A stretch of 64,000 nucleotides of DNA, taken from positions 64,001-128,000 of the forward strand of contig JAZKFH010000002.1 of NCBI GenBank assembly GCA_040386535.1. Direction: 5' to 3'. This document shows, one piece after another, positions 51,328 to 60,970 of this stretch. How positions within the stretch are numbered: position 1 is the stretch's first letter; each line of letters opens with the position of its first letter. The DNA is from Myxococcota bacterium (GTDB lineage Bacteria; Myxococcota_A; UBA796; SXON01). The notes under the pieces were generated by a model. It did no database searches. It saw only the letters and a list, made by a program, of their open reading frames with translations, and was not told where the DNA came from. A program made the translations under genes and the position numbers.

Positions 51328-52590
51328 CTATCCGATCAGCGCGTCCCTGAGGCGCTCGAGCCCGACACGCGCCACGTCCGCGTCCGCGTGCTCGACCATC
51401 AGCCGTACGACCGGCTCTGTACCGCTGGCCCGCACCACCACCCGCGCGCCCTCCGAACGCAGCGCGGTCGCGATGTCGTTCGTGAGGGGGATCCGCGCTG
51501 TCGCGATCCTTACGGCGGTGTTCAGCTGGGCGAAGCGCGGGAGGCTCGCGGCGCGGGCCGAGAGCGTGCCCGGGTCGGGGTGGAGCGCGCGGAGGGTGGC
51601 GACGAGGCCGTCCGCCGTCGGGAGGCCGTCCGCGAACAGGATGTGGCCCGAGGGCTCGCCCCCGACCGCCGCGCCCGACTCCCGCATCGCCGCGGCGACA
51701 TGCGCGTCCCCGACCGGGGTGCGCTGGAGCGTGATTCCCCGCGCCGCGAGGCCCGCTTCGAGCCCACCGTTGCTCATGATCGTGCCGATGACGACGCTCC
51801 CCGCCGCGCAGAGCCACACCAGCGCGTCGCCGTCGAGCACGGTGCCCTCCGCCGTGACGAGCACGCCGCGATCCCCGTCGCCGTCGAGCGCGATGCCCGC
51901 GGACGCCCCGTGGGCGGCCACGGCCGCGACGAGGGCGTCGGGCGCCATCGCGCCACATCCGACGTTGATCGCGCTGCCATCGCCATCGCCGAGGGTGACG
52001 ACCCGCGCTCCCAGGGCCACGAGTACGCGCCCGGCCAGGCCTGTCGAGGCGCCGTTCGCCGAGTCGACCACGATGGTGTGGCCGGCGAGCCAACGCCCGC
52101 GCGGCACCGCGTCGAGCACGGCGGCGACGTACCGCTCGCCCGCGTCCACGAGGAGGCGCACCCCGCCGGGGATCGCGGCGTGGTCGAGCGGAGCGTCGAG
52201 GCGGGCTTCCACCGCGCGGCGCTCGGCCTCGTCGAGCTTGGCGCCGGTGGCGCCGACGGCCTTGAGCCCGTTGTCGGCGGGCGGGTTGTGCGACGCGGTG
52301 ACCATGACGCCGCCGGACAGGCCGAGCCGCGCGACCACGGCGGAGAGCCCCGACGTGGGGAGCACGCCGAGATCGATGGCCTCGCCCCCCGCGGTGGTGA
52401 TGCCCGCGATGGTCGCGGCCACGAGCATCGGCCCGCTGGGGCGGGTGTCCCGCGCGATCGCGATGCGCGGCCCGAGCACCGCCACGAGCGCGTTTCCGAG
52501 CGCCATGGCGACCTCGGGCCCGATGTCGACGTTGGCGCGGCCGCGGAGGCCGTCCGTGCCGAAGGTTCGGCCGCTTACGACGGATGTCAT
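51328..52590 (-). CDS. glmM: Phosphoglucosamine mutase
   Basis: FGTDGLRG, TASHNP, DGDGDR, GGEPSGH and RASGTEP. Confidence 0.93.
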   Translation of the reverse strand: MTSVVSGRTFGTDGLRGRANVDIGPEVAMALGNALVAVLGPRIAIARDTRPSGPMLVAATIAGITTAGGEAIDLGVLPTSGLSAVVARLGLSGGVMVTASHNPPADNGLKAVGATGAKLDEAERRAVEARLDAPLDHAAIPGGVRLLVDAGERYVAAVLDAVPRGRWLAGHTIVVDSANGASTGLAGRVLVALGARVVTLGDGDGSAINVGCGAMAPDALVAAVAAHGASAGIALDGDGDRGVLVTAEGTVLDGDALVWLCAAGSVVIGTIMSNGGLEAGLAARGITLQRTPVGDAHVAAAMRESGAAVGGEPSGHILFADGLPTADGLVATLRALHPDPGTLSARAASLPRFAQLNTAVRIATARIPLTNDIATALRSEGARVVVRASGTEPVVRLMVEHADADVARVGLERLRDALIG

Positions 52591-53552
52591 CGACGCTCCA
52601 CGGTGATGCGCTCGGGCACGACGTCGACCACCGAGACCGCCTCGCCCGCGGGCTGGACCACCTCGTACCGGAGCCCCTCGCCCCGGCCGCGGCGCGCCTC
52701 GCCCATCGAGTTGGACCAGCCATCGGGGACGTGCACGACCACGCTTACCTCCTCCGGGTCGATCGAATTGAGGCTCTCCACCGGGCCCGCGAGCGTGACC
52801 CGCACGTTGGGCGAGTTGGTGCCGAAGCCCTCGGCGTCCCGGAGGAGCACGGGCACCGCGTCGAACGCGCGCTGCTGCACGATCGACTCCACCTTCACCT
52901 CGACGGCGAACCTCGCCGCCTGCGTCGGCACGAGCTGCCCCTTCTTGACCGCGAGGCCCACCTGGAACTCCGCGTCCTCGCGCAGGCCGCTCACGTCCAC
53001 CGCGTCCGTCATCACCTCGGTCAGGCTGCGGAGCACCGACGAGGGCCCGGCGAGCTCGACCCGATCGGGCTGGACGATGACCTTGGCCAGGCGGAAGCCC
53101 TCCGCGGGCTCGCCGCGGGTGGCGGCCACCACGTTCACGCGGCGCTTGAGCACGCGATCCAGCTGCACCTTGAGCGCGCTCGGCGACACCGACACCACGC
53201 GCACCTGGCTCGGCATGCCGGAGACCGGGCGCTCGGACAGGTCGAGCGAGACCTCGCCCTCCTTCGCGCGCGACAGATCGACGAGGATCGAGAGGTCCTT
53301 CTGCCGGACGGCGCGCACGAACGCCTGCACACCCTCGACGGTGACCGTGGCGGTCTCCAGGGGCGGCTCGACCAGCATGAGCCCGTCCGGCAGCTTCCAT
53401 TCGAGGCGCACGCGGGCGCGATCCTCGACGACCTGCTCCGACTGCACCCAGATCCACATCATCAGCGCGAACGCCAGCGCCAGCGCCTTGTAGGCGAGGT
53501 TGCTCGTGAAGACGTCCCGCAGGTCCCCCAGCAGATCACCGATGCGGCTCAT
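52587..53552 (-). CDS. cdaR: CdaR/YbbR-like regulator of diadenylate cyclase
   Basis: N...KALAL..A...W TM segment followed by YbbR-like beta domains (V.P..V...GP); lies between cdaA and glmM. Confidence 0.85.
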   Translation of the reverse strand: MSRIGDLLGDLRDVFTSNLAYKALALAFALMMWIWVQSEQVVEDRARVRLEWKLPDGLMLVEPPLETATVTVEGVQAFVRAVRQKDLSILVDLSRAKEGEVSLDLSERPVSGMPSQVRVVSVSPSALKVQLDRVLKRRVNVVAATRGEPAEGFRLAKVIVQPDRVELAGPSSVLRSLTEVMTDAVDVSGLREDAEFQVGLAVKKGQLVPTQAARFAVEVKVESIVQQRAFDAVPVLLRDAEGFGTNSPNVRVTLAGPVESLNSIDPEEVSVVVHVPDGWSNSMGEARRGRGEGLRYEVVQPAGEAVSVVDVVPERITVERR

Positions 53553-54337
53553 GGCGCCCTCGCCGTGCGCACGCGGCCCTTGGGCTGGAAACACTCGAGG
53601 AGGCGCTCGCGCATCTCGTTCTGGTCGGCCACCGGCTGCACCTCGCCGGCGATCACGAGGCTCACGGTGCCGCGCTCCTCGGAGACGATGACCACGACCG
53701 CATCGGTCTCCTCGGTGAGCCCGATCGCGGCGCGGTGGCGCGTGCCGTAGAAGCGGCTCACGTCCTTGGACAACGACAGCGGCAGGAACACCTTCGCGGC
53801 GAGCACCTTGTCCTTGCGGACCACCGCTGCACCGTCGTGGAGGGGGCTCGTCGGGTGGAAGATGGCGAGCAGCAGCTCGCTGGAGGCGCGCGCGTCGAGG
53901 CGATTGCCGCCCTCCGCGTACTCTTCGAGCGAGGCCTCACGCTCCAGCGCGAGCAACGCACCGATGCGTCGCGACGCCATGACGAAGCTGGCCCGCACGA
54001 TCTCCTCCATCGCCCCTTGCGCGGGCTGGGCGGAGAAGCTCGGGAACAGCCGCCCGCCGGCGCCGGCGAGCCCACGCTTGATGTCGCTCTGGAACAGAAT
54101 GATGACCGCCAGGACGATGTAGACGAAGAACTTCTCCAGCATCCAGTGCACGGCGTAGAGCTCGAGCCGGCCGGAGAGCGCGAAGAGGACGAGGGCGAGC
54201 AGTAGCCCGAGCAGGCTCTGGAAGGCGCGGGTGCCGCGCACCAGCATCAACGCGCGGTAGACGACGTACCAGAGCAGGCAGATGTCGACGACGTCGGTCC
54301 AGCGGATGTTGGCGAAGTAGGTCGCGAAGAGGCTCAT
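53549..54337 (-). CDS. cdaA: Diadenylate cyclase CdaA
   Basis: Three TM segments; GTRA, FQSDIKR.L, PLHDGA, GTRHRAA and VSEERG. Confidence 0.95.
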   Translation of the reverse strand: MSLFATYFANIRWTDVVDICLLWYVVYRALMLVRGTRAFQSLLGLLLALVLFALSGRLELYAVHWMLEKFFVYIVLAVIILFQSDIKRGLAGAGGRLFPSFSAQPAQGAMEEIVRASFVMASRRIGALLALEREASLEEYAEGGNRLDARASSELLLAIFHPTSPLHDGAAVVRKDKVLAAKVFLPLSLSKDVSRFYGTRHRAAIGLTEETDAVVVIVSEERGTVSLVIAGEVQPVADQNEMRERLLECFQPKGRVRTARAP

Positions 54338-55107
54338 CGGATCGCCTCCCACACGCGCAGCGCGCGCACGGTCTCGGCGACGTCGTGCACGCGGATGAGC
54401 GTGGCGCCGGCATCCTGCGCGTGCAGCGCCACCGCGAGCGAGCCCTCGAGGCGCTCGGTGGCGTTGGGCTGCCCGGTGAGCTCCCCGATGAAGCGCTTGC
54501 GCGAGGCGCCGATCAGCACGCTCCGACCCGGCGTTCGCCGAGGCAGATCCCGGAGGAGCGCGAGGTTGTGCGCGCCCGTCTTGGCAAAACCGATGCCCGG
54601 GTCGACCACGATCCGCTCCGCGCGGATGCCGGCGGCCTCGGCCGCGGCGACCCGCTCGTCGAGCGCCGCCCACACCTCGGCGCACACGTCGTCATAGACC
54701 GCGAGGCGCTGCATGGTGTCCGGCTCCCCCCGCGTGTGCATCAGCACGATGCCACAGTCGGCGGTGGCGACGAAGGGCAGCATCGCGGGGTCGGCGCCCC
54801 CGCTCACGTCGTTGATCAGCGTGGCGCCCGCATCCACGGCGGCCCGCGCCACGCTGGCGCGTCGCGTGTCGACGCTGACCGGGCCGTGCGTCGCGAGGGC
54901 GCGGATCACGCGCACCACCCGCTCCCGCTCCTCGATCGGGTCGACCGGGGCGGCGCCGGGGCGCGTGGATTCGCCCCCCACGTCGACCCAGTCGGCGCCC
55001 GCGTCGAAGAGCGCGCGCCCGTGCGCGACCGCGGCGTCGAAGGTGGCGTGGCGCCCCCCGTCCGAGAACGAATCGGGCGTGACGTTCAGGATGCCCATCA
55101 CCTTCAT
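54334..55107 (-). CDS. folP: Dihydropteroate synthase
   Basis: GILNVTPDSFSDGG, GGESTRPGA, DPGIGF, SRKRF and RVHDV. Confidence 0.97.
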   Translation of the reverse strand: MKVMGILNVTPDSFSDGGRHATFDAAVAHGRALFDAGADWVDVGGESTRPGAAPVDPIEERERVVRVIRALATHGPVSVDTRRASVARAAVDAGATLINDVSGGADPAMLPFVATADCGIVLMHTRGEPDTMQRLAVYDDVCAEVWAALDERVAAAEAAGIRAERIVVDPGIGFAKTGAHNLALLRDLPRRTPGRSVLIGASRKRFIGELTGQPNATERLEGSLAVALHAQDAGATLIRVHDVAETVRALRVWEAIR

Positions 55108-56798
55108 GGGGGCGCCCCACCGGGCGCGGCCGGAGTCCGCGGCCCGCCGAGCTGGCCGATCCCGCCGCCGGGAGGTGGCCCGCCGAGCTGGCCGATCCCG
55201 CCTCCACCACCGGGAGGAGGCCCCCCAGGACCGCCAGGACCGCCCGGCCCCCCAGGACCGCCCATCCCGGGCCCTCGGAGCGCCGCGGGGGTCTCCCAGA
55301 GGGCGTACTCGGCGTCCTGATACGAGGGCGCCCCGAGCGCGCGCTGGACCGCCACGCGCAACGTGGGCTCGCTCCCGGCGACGAGGAGCCAGTCGTAGCC
55401 GGCCTTGCGGAGCTGCGGGCCGAGGTCGGGGTTGGTCGAGGCGCCGTCCCCGAGGTGGGTCACCGTCTGGAACGTGTGGTCCTCGGCAAGCGCGCGCTCC
55501 ACGGCGTCGCGCACCGGGCCCGCGCCCTGGAGCCCCGGCCCGCCGTACACCTTCTGGCGGTGGAACGGCACCAGCCCGACCAGCCCCTCGCGCACGTCCT
55601 GCAGCGGCAGCTGGACGATCGCGCCCCCATACGGCGTCCGCGCCATCTCTACGAACGCGCTCGGCACCGGCCACCCCTCCCCGGCCCACAACGCCACCGG
55701 CTGCCCCAACGCGGCCTGCGCTCGCGGCTCCACGAGGAGCGCCGCTACCACGCCGACCTCGGCGAGCCGCCCCAGCCGCGCCCGTGCCGCCCACGCGAGC
55801 GCACCGATCATCGCGAACACCAGCGCCACCGAGAGGAGCTCCTGGCCGTGCGCCGAGAGCGTCGGGAGCGCGGGCGTGATCGGCAGGGCGAAGGTGCCGA
55901 TGCGGACCAGCTCGCCGGACGCATCGCGCGCGAACGGCCCGAGCGCCACGAGCACCAGCACGAACGCCACGACCGCGGCCACCCGCGCGGGCAGGCGTCT
56001 GGAGCGAACCCGCGTTTGCCAGAGCGCGCCCAGCCCGAGCAGGAAGACGACGGGCATCCCGACGGAGGCGCCCGAGGCCAGCCAGACGAGGCTGTTGAGG
56101 GGAAGCTGGGCCACGCCGCCGGAGGTCGCGGCCGGCGCCCCGAAGCCGATGATCACCCCGAGGGCGGCCCCCACCCACGCGGGCGTGCCCGATCGGGTCT
56201 TGTCGGCGATCAGCCGGGACGCCACGAGCGCTCCCGCGGTCACGATCGGCGCCCCCACGAGGCCGATGATCAGCGCCCCGCAGAAGGGCAGCCGCCGCTC
56301 GAGGCGCAGCGCCGCCGCCGCCGCCAGCCCCGGCCCCACCCATGCCGCGGCCAACGCGCCCTGCCCGAGTTGGCCCATCCACAGTCCGGCCCCCGCCACC
56401 ATCGCCGCCGCGAGCAGCCCGCGGGGGCGTGGTCGCAGCGTGCTTCCCCAGAGCCAGGCGCCCGCGGCGTTGGTCACCACGAGGAGCAGCAGGCCCAGGT
56501 TGTGGGCGAGCACGGGCCGCCCGAGCGCGTGGAGGGGCGCCAGGAACAGCGCCGTGGCGGGGTTCCCCACCAGCGCGAGCAGCCCCGCGTCCGGCGCGGC
56601 CAGGAAGCCGGAGCTGTCGTCGAACCCGCGCCCGCTCACGACGTTCGCGTAGATCTGCCACGGAAGCCAGAACGCCCGCTGCCCCGCGCCCGAGAGCCGC
56701 CCGCCGGGGAGCGCCTCCCCGAGGTGCAGGAAAAACGAAGACGTGGCGATCAAGGTGATCGCCACGCTCGTCAGGAGAATCAGGATCGTCCTGCGCAT
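55104..56798 (-). CDS. Multi-pass membrane protein with a soluble C-terminal domain and Gly/Pro-rich tail
   Basis: Many hydrophobic segments. Starts 20 nt after the ftsH stop and has an ATGA overlap with folP. Confidence 0.75.
   Translation of the reverse strand: MRRTILILLTSVAITLIATSSFFLHLGEALPGGRLSGAGQRAFWLPWQIYANVVSGRGFDDSSGFLAAPDAGLLALVGNPATALFLAPLHALGRPVLAHNLGLLLLVVTNAAGAWLWGSTLRPRPRGLLAAAMVAGAGLWMGQLGQGALAAAWVGPGLAAAAALRLERRLPFCGALIIGLVGAPIVTAGALVASRLIADKTRSGTPAWVGAALGVIIGFGAPAATSGGVAQLPLNSLVWLASGASVGMPVVFLLGLGALWQTRVRSRRLPARVAAVVAFVLVLVALGPFARDASGELVRIGTFALPITPALPTLSAHGQELLSVALVFAMIGALAWAARARLGRLAEVGVVAALLVEPRAQAALGQPVALWAGEGWPVPSAFVEMARTPYGGAIVQLPLQDVREGLVGLVPFHRQKVYGGPGLQGAGPVRDAVERALAEDHTFQTVTHLGDGASTNPDLGPQLRKAGYDWLLVAGSEPTLRVAVQRALGAPSYQDAEYALWETPAALRGPGMGGPGGPGGPGGPGGPPPGGGGGIGQLGGPPPGGGIGQLGGPRTPAAPGGAPP
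55141..55270 (-). repeat. Gly/Pro low-complexity coding repeats
   Basis: GGCCCGCCGAGCTGGCCGATCCCGCC occurs twice at a 36-bp period (GGGIGQLGGP x2), plus (GGP)n. Confidence 0.75.
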
Positions 56799-56817
56799 CT
56801 TCCTTGGAACCGATCCC

Positions 56818-58641
56818 CTATGCGACGTTCGACGTCGGCTCCGGGTAGACCGGGTTCATCTGCGCGACGAGCCGCTCGAACTCGCCGGCGTCGAGCGACT
56901 CCTTCTCGATCAGGGACTGCGCCACCTTGTGGAGGATGTGCAGGTTCTGGACGAGGATGGTCCGGGCGTTCTCGTAGCCGTAGCCGACGAACTTCTTGAC
57001 CTCTTCGTCGATGCGCTGGGCCGTGGCCTCGGAGTAGTCGCGGCTGCGGCCGCCGTCCCGGCCGAGGTAGCCGTCATCCTTGCGCTCGCCCCACGCGACG
57101 GGCCCCATCGCGTCGCTCATGCCGTACTCGCACACCATGCCGTGCGCGAGCTGGGTGGCCTTCTTGATGTCGTCCGACGCGCCGGTGTCGAAGTCCCCGT
57201 AGATGATCTCCTCGGCCGCGCGCCCGCCCATGCCGCACGTGATGCGCGCCTTGAGCTGGGAGACCGACCAGGTGAACCGATCCTCGATGGGGAGGAAGTG
57301 GGTGGCGCCGAGCGACCGCGTGCGCGGGATGATGGTGATCTTGTTGACCGGATCGGACTCGGGGGTGAGCCGCGCGACGATGGCGTGCCCAGCCTCGTGG
57401 TAGGCCGTGCGCTTCTTCATCGCGTCGGAGAGCACCAGCGAGCGGCGCTCGGAGCCCATGGCGACCTTGTCCTTCGCCATCTCCAGGTCTTCCTGGTCGA
57501 TCTTGCGCTTGTTGGTGCGCGCGGCGAACAGGGCGGCTTCGTTGATGAGGCTCTCGAGCTCGGCGCCCGAGAAGCCGGGCGTGCCGCGGGCGATGCGCTC
57601 CAGATCGACCTGCTCGTCGAGCGGAGTGCGCCGGGCGTGCACCTGGAGGATGCCGAGGCGGCCGCGCACGTCAGGCTGCGGCACCACCACGCGGCGATCG
57701 AAGCGACCGGGGCGCAGGAGCGCGGGATCGAGCACGTCGGGGCGGTTGGTCGCCGCGACGAGGATGACACCCTCGGCGCTGTCGAACCCGTCCATCTCGA
57801 CGAGGAGCTGGTTGAGCGTCTGCTCGCGCTCGTCGTGCCCGCCGCCCATGCCGTTGCCGCGGTGGCGCCCGACCGCGTCGATCTCGTCGATGAAGATGAT
57901 GCAGGGCGCCTGCTTCTTGCCCTGTTCGAACAGGTCACGGACGCGGCTGGCGCCGACGCCCACGAACATCTCGACGAACTCCGACCCGGAGATGCTGAAG
58001 AACGGCACCCCGGCCTCCCCCGCCACGGCGCGGGCGAGGAGGGTCTTGCCGGTCCCCGGCGAGCCCATGAGGAGCACACCCTTCGGGATGCGGCCGCCGA
58101 GGCGGGTGAACTTGCGCGGGTCCTTCAGGAACTGGATGATCTCGTCCAGCTCCTCCTTCGCCTCGTCACACCCGGCAACGTCGGTGAAGGTGATGCGCTT
58201 GCCCGACTCGGAGAGCAGCTTGGCCTTCGACTTGCCGAAGCTCATCGCCTTGCCGGAGCCCGCCTGGAGCTGCCGCATGATGAGCATGAAGACGGCGATG
58301 ACGACGACAACGAGCAGGCCCTGCGCGAGCAGGCTCATCCACATGCCGTCCCCCACCTCCTGGAAGTCGGGCACGACGCCCTTCTTGGCGAACTGCTCGA
58401 GGTAGTAGTCGCTGTTGCCCGGGCCGGTCGTGTGGAAACGCGTGCCGTCGGCGAGCGTCCCCTCCATCCACGAACCCTTGATGGACAACGACGTGACGTC
58501 GCCCTTCTCGACGTTCTGGACGAGGTCGGAGAAGTCGATCTGCTGCTGTTGCGGGACGATGGTGTTCCGGGCGGTGACGGCGACGGCCACCAACACCACG
58601 ATCACGAAGAAGACCATCATCCACATCTGGCGCGTGCGCAT
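56818..58641 (-). CDS. ftsH: ATP-dependent zinc metalloprotease FtsH
   Basis: Two TM segments; [26 protein letters not shown] and HEAGH. Confidence 0.98.
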   Translation of the reverse strand: MRTRQMWMMVFFVIVVLVAVAVTARNTIVPQQQQIDFSDLVQNVEKGDVTSLSIKGSWMEGTLADGTRFHTTGPGNSDYYLEQFAKKGVVPDFQEVGDGMWMSLLAQGLLVVVVIAVFMLIMRQLQAGSGKAMSFGKSKAKLLSESGKRITFTDVAGCDEAKEELDEIIQFLKDPRKFTRLGGRIPKGVLLMGSPGTGKTLLARAVAGEAGVPFFSISGSEFVEMFVGVGASRVRDLFEQGKKQAPCIIFIDEIDAVGRHRGNGMGGGHDEREQTLNQLLVEMDGFDSAEGVILVAATNRPDVLDPALLRPGRFDRRVVVPQPDVRGRLGILQVHARRTPLDEQVDLERIARGTPGFSGAELESLINEAALFAARTNKRKIDQEDLEMAKDKVAMGSERRSLVLSDAMKKRTAYHEAGHAIVARLTPESDPVNKITIIPRTRSLGATHFLPIEDRFTWSVSQLKARITCGMGGRAAEEIIYGDFDTGASDDIKKATQLAHGMVCEYGMSDAMGPVAWGERKDDGYLGRDGGRSRDYSEATAQRIDEEVKKFVGYGYENARTILVQNLHILHKVAQSLIEKESLDAGEFERLVAQMNPVYPEPTSNVA

Positions 58642-58883
58642 ACCTTCGGAGCTCCAGCCTCGTCAGTGAGGGCTCACCTAACCCGGTTGAGCCCGGACAT
58701 ACCACCTGCCCGCGCAGACCGCGAGGTCGTCGGCTTGCGTCGGGTGTAGGAGCACCCGGCGACGCCCCGGTATTCCGGCCCGAGGCCCTTTACGACCGCG
58801 TCCGGGGGTTGCCGGGTACCCGTCCCCCCTCGTGTTCGCCATTCGACCTTGCGCAGGCCCACTCCGGCGGGTGACCTTGCACG

Positions 58884-60869
58884 ATGTTGCCGGCCCTCGT
58901 CGCTCTTGCCCTCGCCGCCCCCACTCCCGCGGGCTCCGAGGCCCGTCCGGTCCCGGCCGCCCACGAAACACCCGTGCCCGCGCCGGGTGCGATCGTCGCC
59001 GGCATCCCCGCCGACCTCGCGCAGGCGATGTGGCAGATGGAGCTCCTCCGGCTCCCGCCGGGCGCCTTCTCCGCCTGGGTGGGCCACGCCGATCCGCGCG
59101 TCCGCACGCGCGCCGCCGACACCCTCGGGCGCCTGCGGGACGCCGAGTCCGCCATTCCGCTCGCGACGCTCCTCGACGACCCCGTGGTCGAGGTGCGCGC
59201 GCACGCCGCCTTCGCGCTCGGGCAGACCCCGACCGGCATCGTCCCGCTCGGCCGCCGCTGGGCGGTGGAGACCGACCGCGTCGTGCAGGGCCGCATCGCC
59301 GTCGCCATCGGCAAGCAGGGCGGGCCGGAGGCCGTGGAGATGCTGCTCCCCGCGCTCGCGGGCCCCATGGCGGTGGCCGCGGCCGACGGGCTCGGGCGCC
59401 TCGGCATGCGCAAGGTCGCGGGCTCCAGCTCCGACCGCGTCGTGTCCGCGCTGCTCGACACCACCACCTTCCCCGTGGGGGACGCGCGTCGGCGGGCCGC
59501 CTGGGCGCTCTCCCGGCTCGCGCTCACGACGGCCACCGCGGACAGTGCGATGCGGCTCCGCGCGCTCGCCCTCGAAGACGGCGACGCGCTCGTGCGCGGC
59601 TGGGCCCTGCGCGCCTGGCTCGGCGTGGCCTCCGAGGCCGCCCGCCTGGACGGCATCACGCTCGCCTCGGATGACCCCGCGGTGAACGTGCGCATCGCCG
59701 CCGCCCGCGGCGCCGCCAAACACGCGGGTCCGGGCCTGACGCCCGTGCTCGTCCGGCTGCTCTCCGACCCCGATCTCTCCGTCCGCATCGAGGCCATCGC
59801 GGCGGTCGGCGCGGCGCCCGAGGTCGACGCGAAGAGCCTGCTCGCGCGCCCGTTCGCCTCCGACATCCCCGAGGAGCGCGCCGCCGCGCTCCGGGCGCTG
59901 GCCCTCAAGAAGGCCCTCCCCGACAAGGCCTCCAAGTGGGCCGACCCCTCCGAGCCGATGATCGTGCGCATCGCCGCCGTCGAGGCCATCCGCGACCGCA
60001 ATCGCCTGCTCGCGCTCGCCTCCACCGCCAAGGAGCCCGCGATCCGAAGCGCGGCCGCGGGCGTGCTCCTGGAGGACGCGCCGCGGCAGGCCGAGCTGAT
60101 CGCGCTGCTGGGCGGCGCCGACCTCACCATCGCGCAGGCCGCGGCCTCGGCGATGAAAGAGGCGCCCGATCCCGCCGCCGAGCCCGCGCTCCTCGCCTAT
60201 CTCGAGCGAAAAGGGATCTCCGCGGAGCAGGCGGTCGAGGGCGTCAAGGCGCTCGCGGCCCTGTACGACACCGGTCGCCTCCCCCGTCCGGGCGCGGCCG
60301 CCGGCGCCGCCATCCGGCCCTGGCTCCGTCACCCCGCCATCGAGGCCGACGCCGAGCGGCTCGCGGCGTTGTTGGGGGTCGCCCCGCCCCGTCGGCGCCA
60401 TCCCGCGCGGCGCCTGCCCCTCCTCGGCGACGCGATGCAGATCCGCTCGGCGCGCATCTTCACCAGCGAGGGCGAGATCCGCGTGGCGCTCACCCCCGAG
60501 GCCGCGCCCTACACCGTGTGGAACTTCGCGCGCCTCGCGGAGGACGGCTACTACGACGGCCTCCGTTTCCACCGCGTGGTGCCCGACTTCGTCATCCAGA
60601 CCGGCGACCCCCGCGGCGACGGCTGGGGCGGCCCCGGCTACGAGATCCCCGACGAGATCAACACGTTGACCTACGGCACCGGCGTGATGGGCATGGCGCT
60701 CTCCGGCCCCGACACCGGGGGCAGCCAGTGGTTCATCACGTTGTCCCCGCAGCCGCACCTCGACGGCACCTACACGGTGTTCGGCCACGTCACGTACGGC
60801 ATGCGCAGCGCCTCCGCGATCCAGGTGGGCGACACCATCGATCACATCGAGATCGAGCGGATCCCCTGA
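58884..60869 (+). CDS. Exported HEAT-repeat / cyclophilin-type peptidyl-prolyl isomerase fusion
   Basis: Signal peptide and HEAT repeats; C-terminal FHRVVPDFVIQTGDP, GSQWFIT and HLDGTYTVFG. Confidence 0.92.
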   Translation: MLPALVALALAAPTPAGSEARPVPAAHETPVPAPGAIVAGIPADLAQAMWQMELLRLPPGAFSAWVGHADPRVRTRAADTLGRLRDAESAIPLATLLDDPVVEVRAHAAFALGQTPTGIVPLGRRWAVETDRVVQGRIAVAIGKQGGPEAVEMLLPALAGPMAVAAADGLGRLGMRKVAGSSSDRVVSALLDTTTFPVGDARRRAAWALSRLALTTATADSAMRLRALALEDGDALVRGWALRAWLGVASEAARLDGITLASDDPAVNVRIAAARGAAKHAGPGLTPVLVRLLSDPDLSVRIEAIAAVGAAPEVDAKSLLARPFASDIPEERAAALRALALKKALPDKASKWADPSEPMIVRIAAVEAIRDRNRLLALASTAKEPAIRSAAAGVLLEDAPRQAELIALLGGADLTIAQAAASAMKEAPDPAAEPALLAYLERKGISAEQAVEGVKALAALYDTGRLPRPGAAAGAAIRPWLRHPAIEADAERLAALLGVAPPRRRHPARRLPLLGDAMQIRSARIFTSEGEIRVALTPEAAPYTVWNFARLAEDGYYDGLRFHRVVPDFVIQTGDPRGDGWGGPGYEIPDEINTLTYGTGVMGMALSGPDTGGSQWFITLSPQPHLDGTYTVFGHVTYGMRSASAIQVGDTIDHIEIERIP

Positions 60870-60970
60870 CGGAGTGAGGGTCTCGAGCAGGCGCGGGGCG
60901 CGGTCCCCGGCGCCGGTCCGCTACCGCGTCCCGACACCGACCGCGCCCCCGAGACATCTTCGCTCGGGTG

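Noticed and set aside
55141..55270. Collagen-like domain
   Set aside because: Only a few GGP triplets followed by irregular Gly runs; too short for a triple helix.
49170..56661. Apparent long fusion ORFs for nnr, pdxJ, glmM, cdaA and folP (up to ~775 aa in the track)
   Set aside because: The N-terminal parts are off-frame read-through of upstream genes. The true starts are at the family-typical N-termini.
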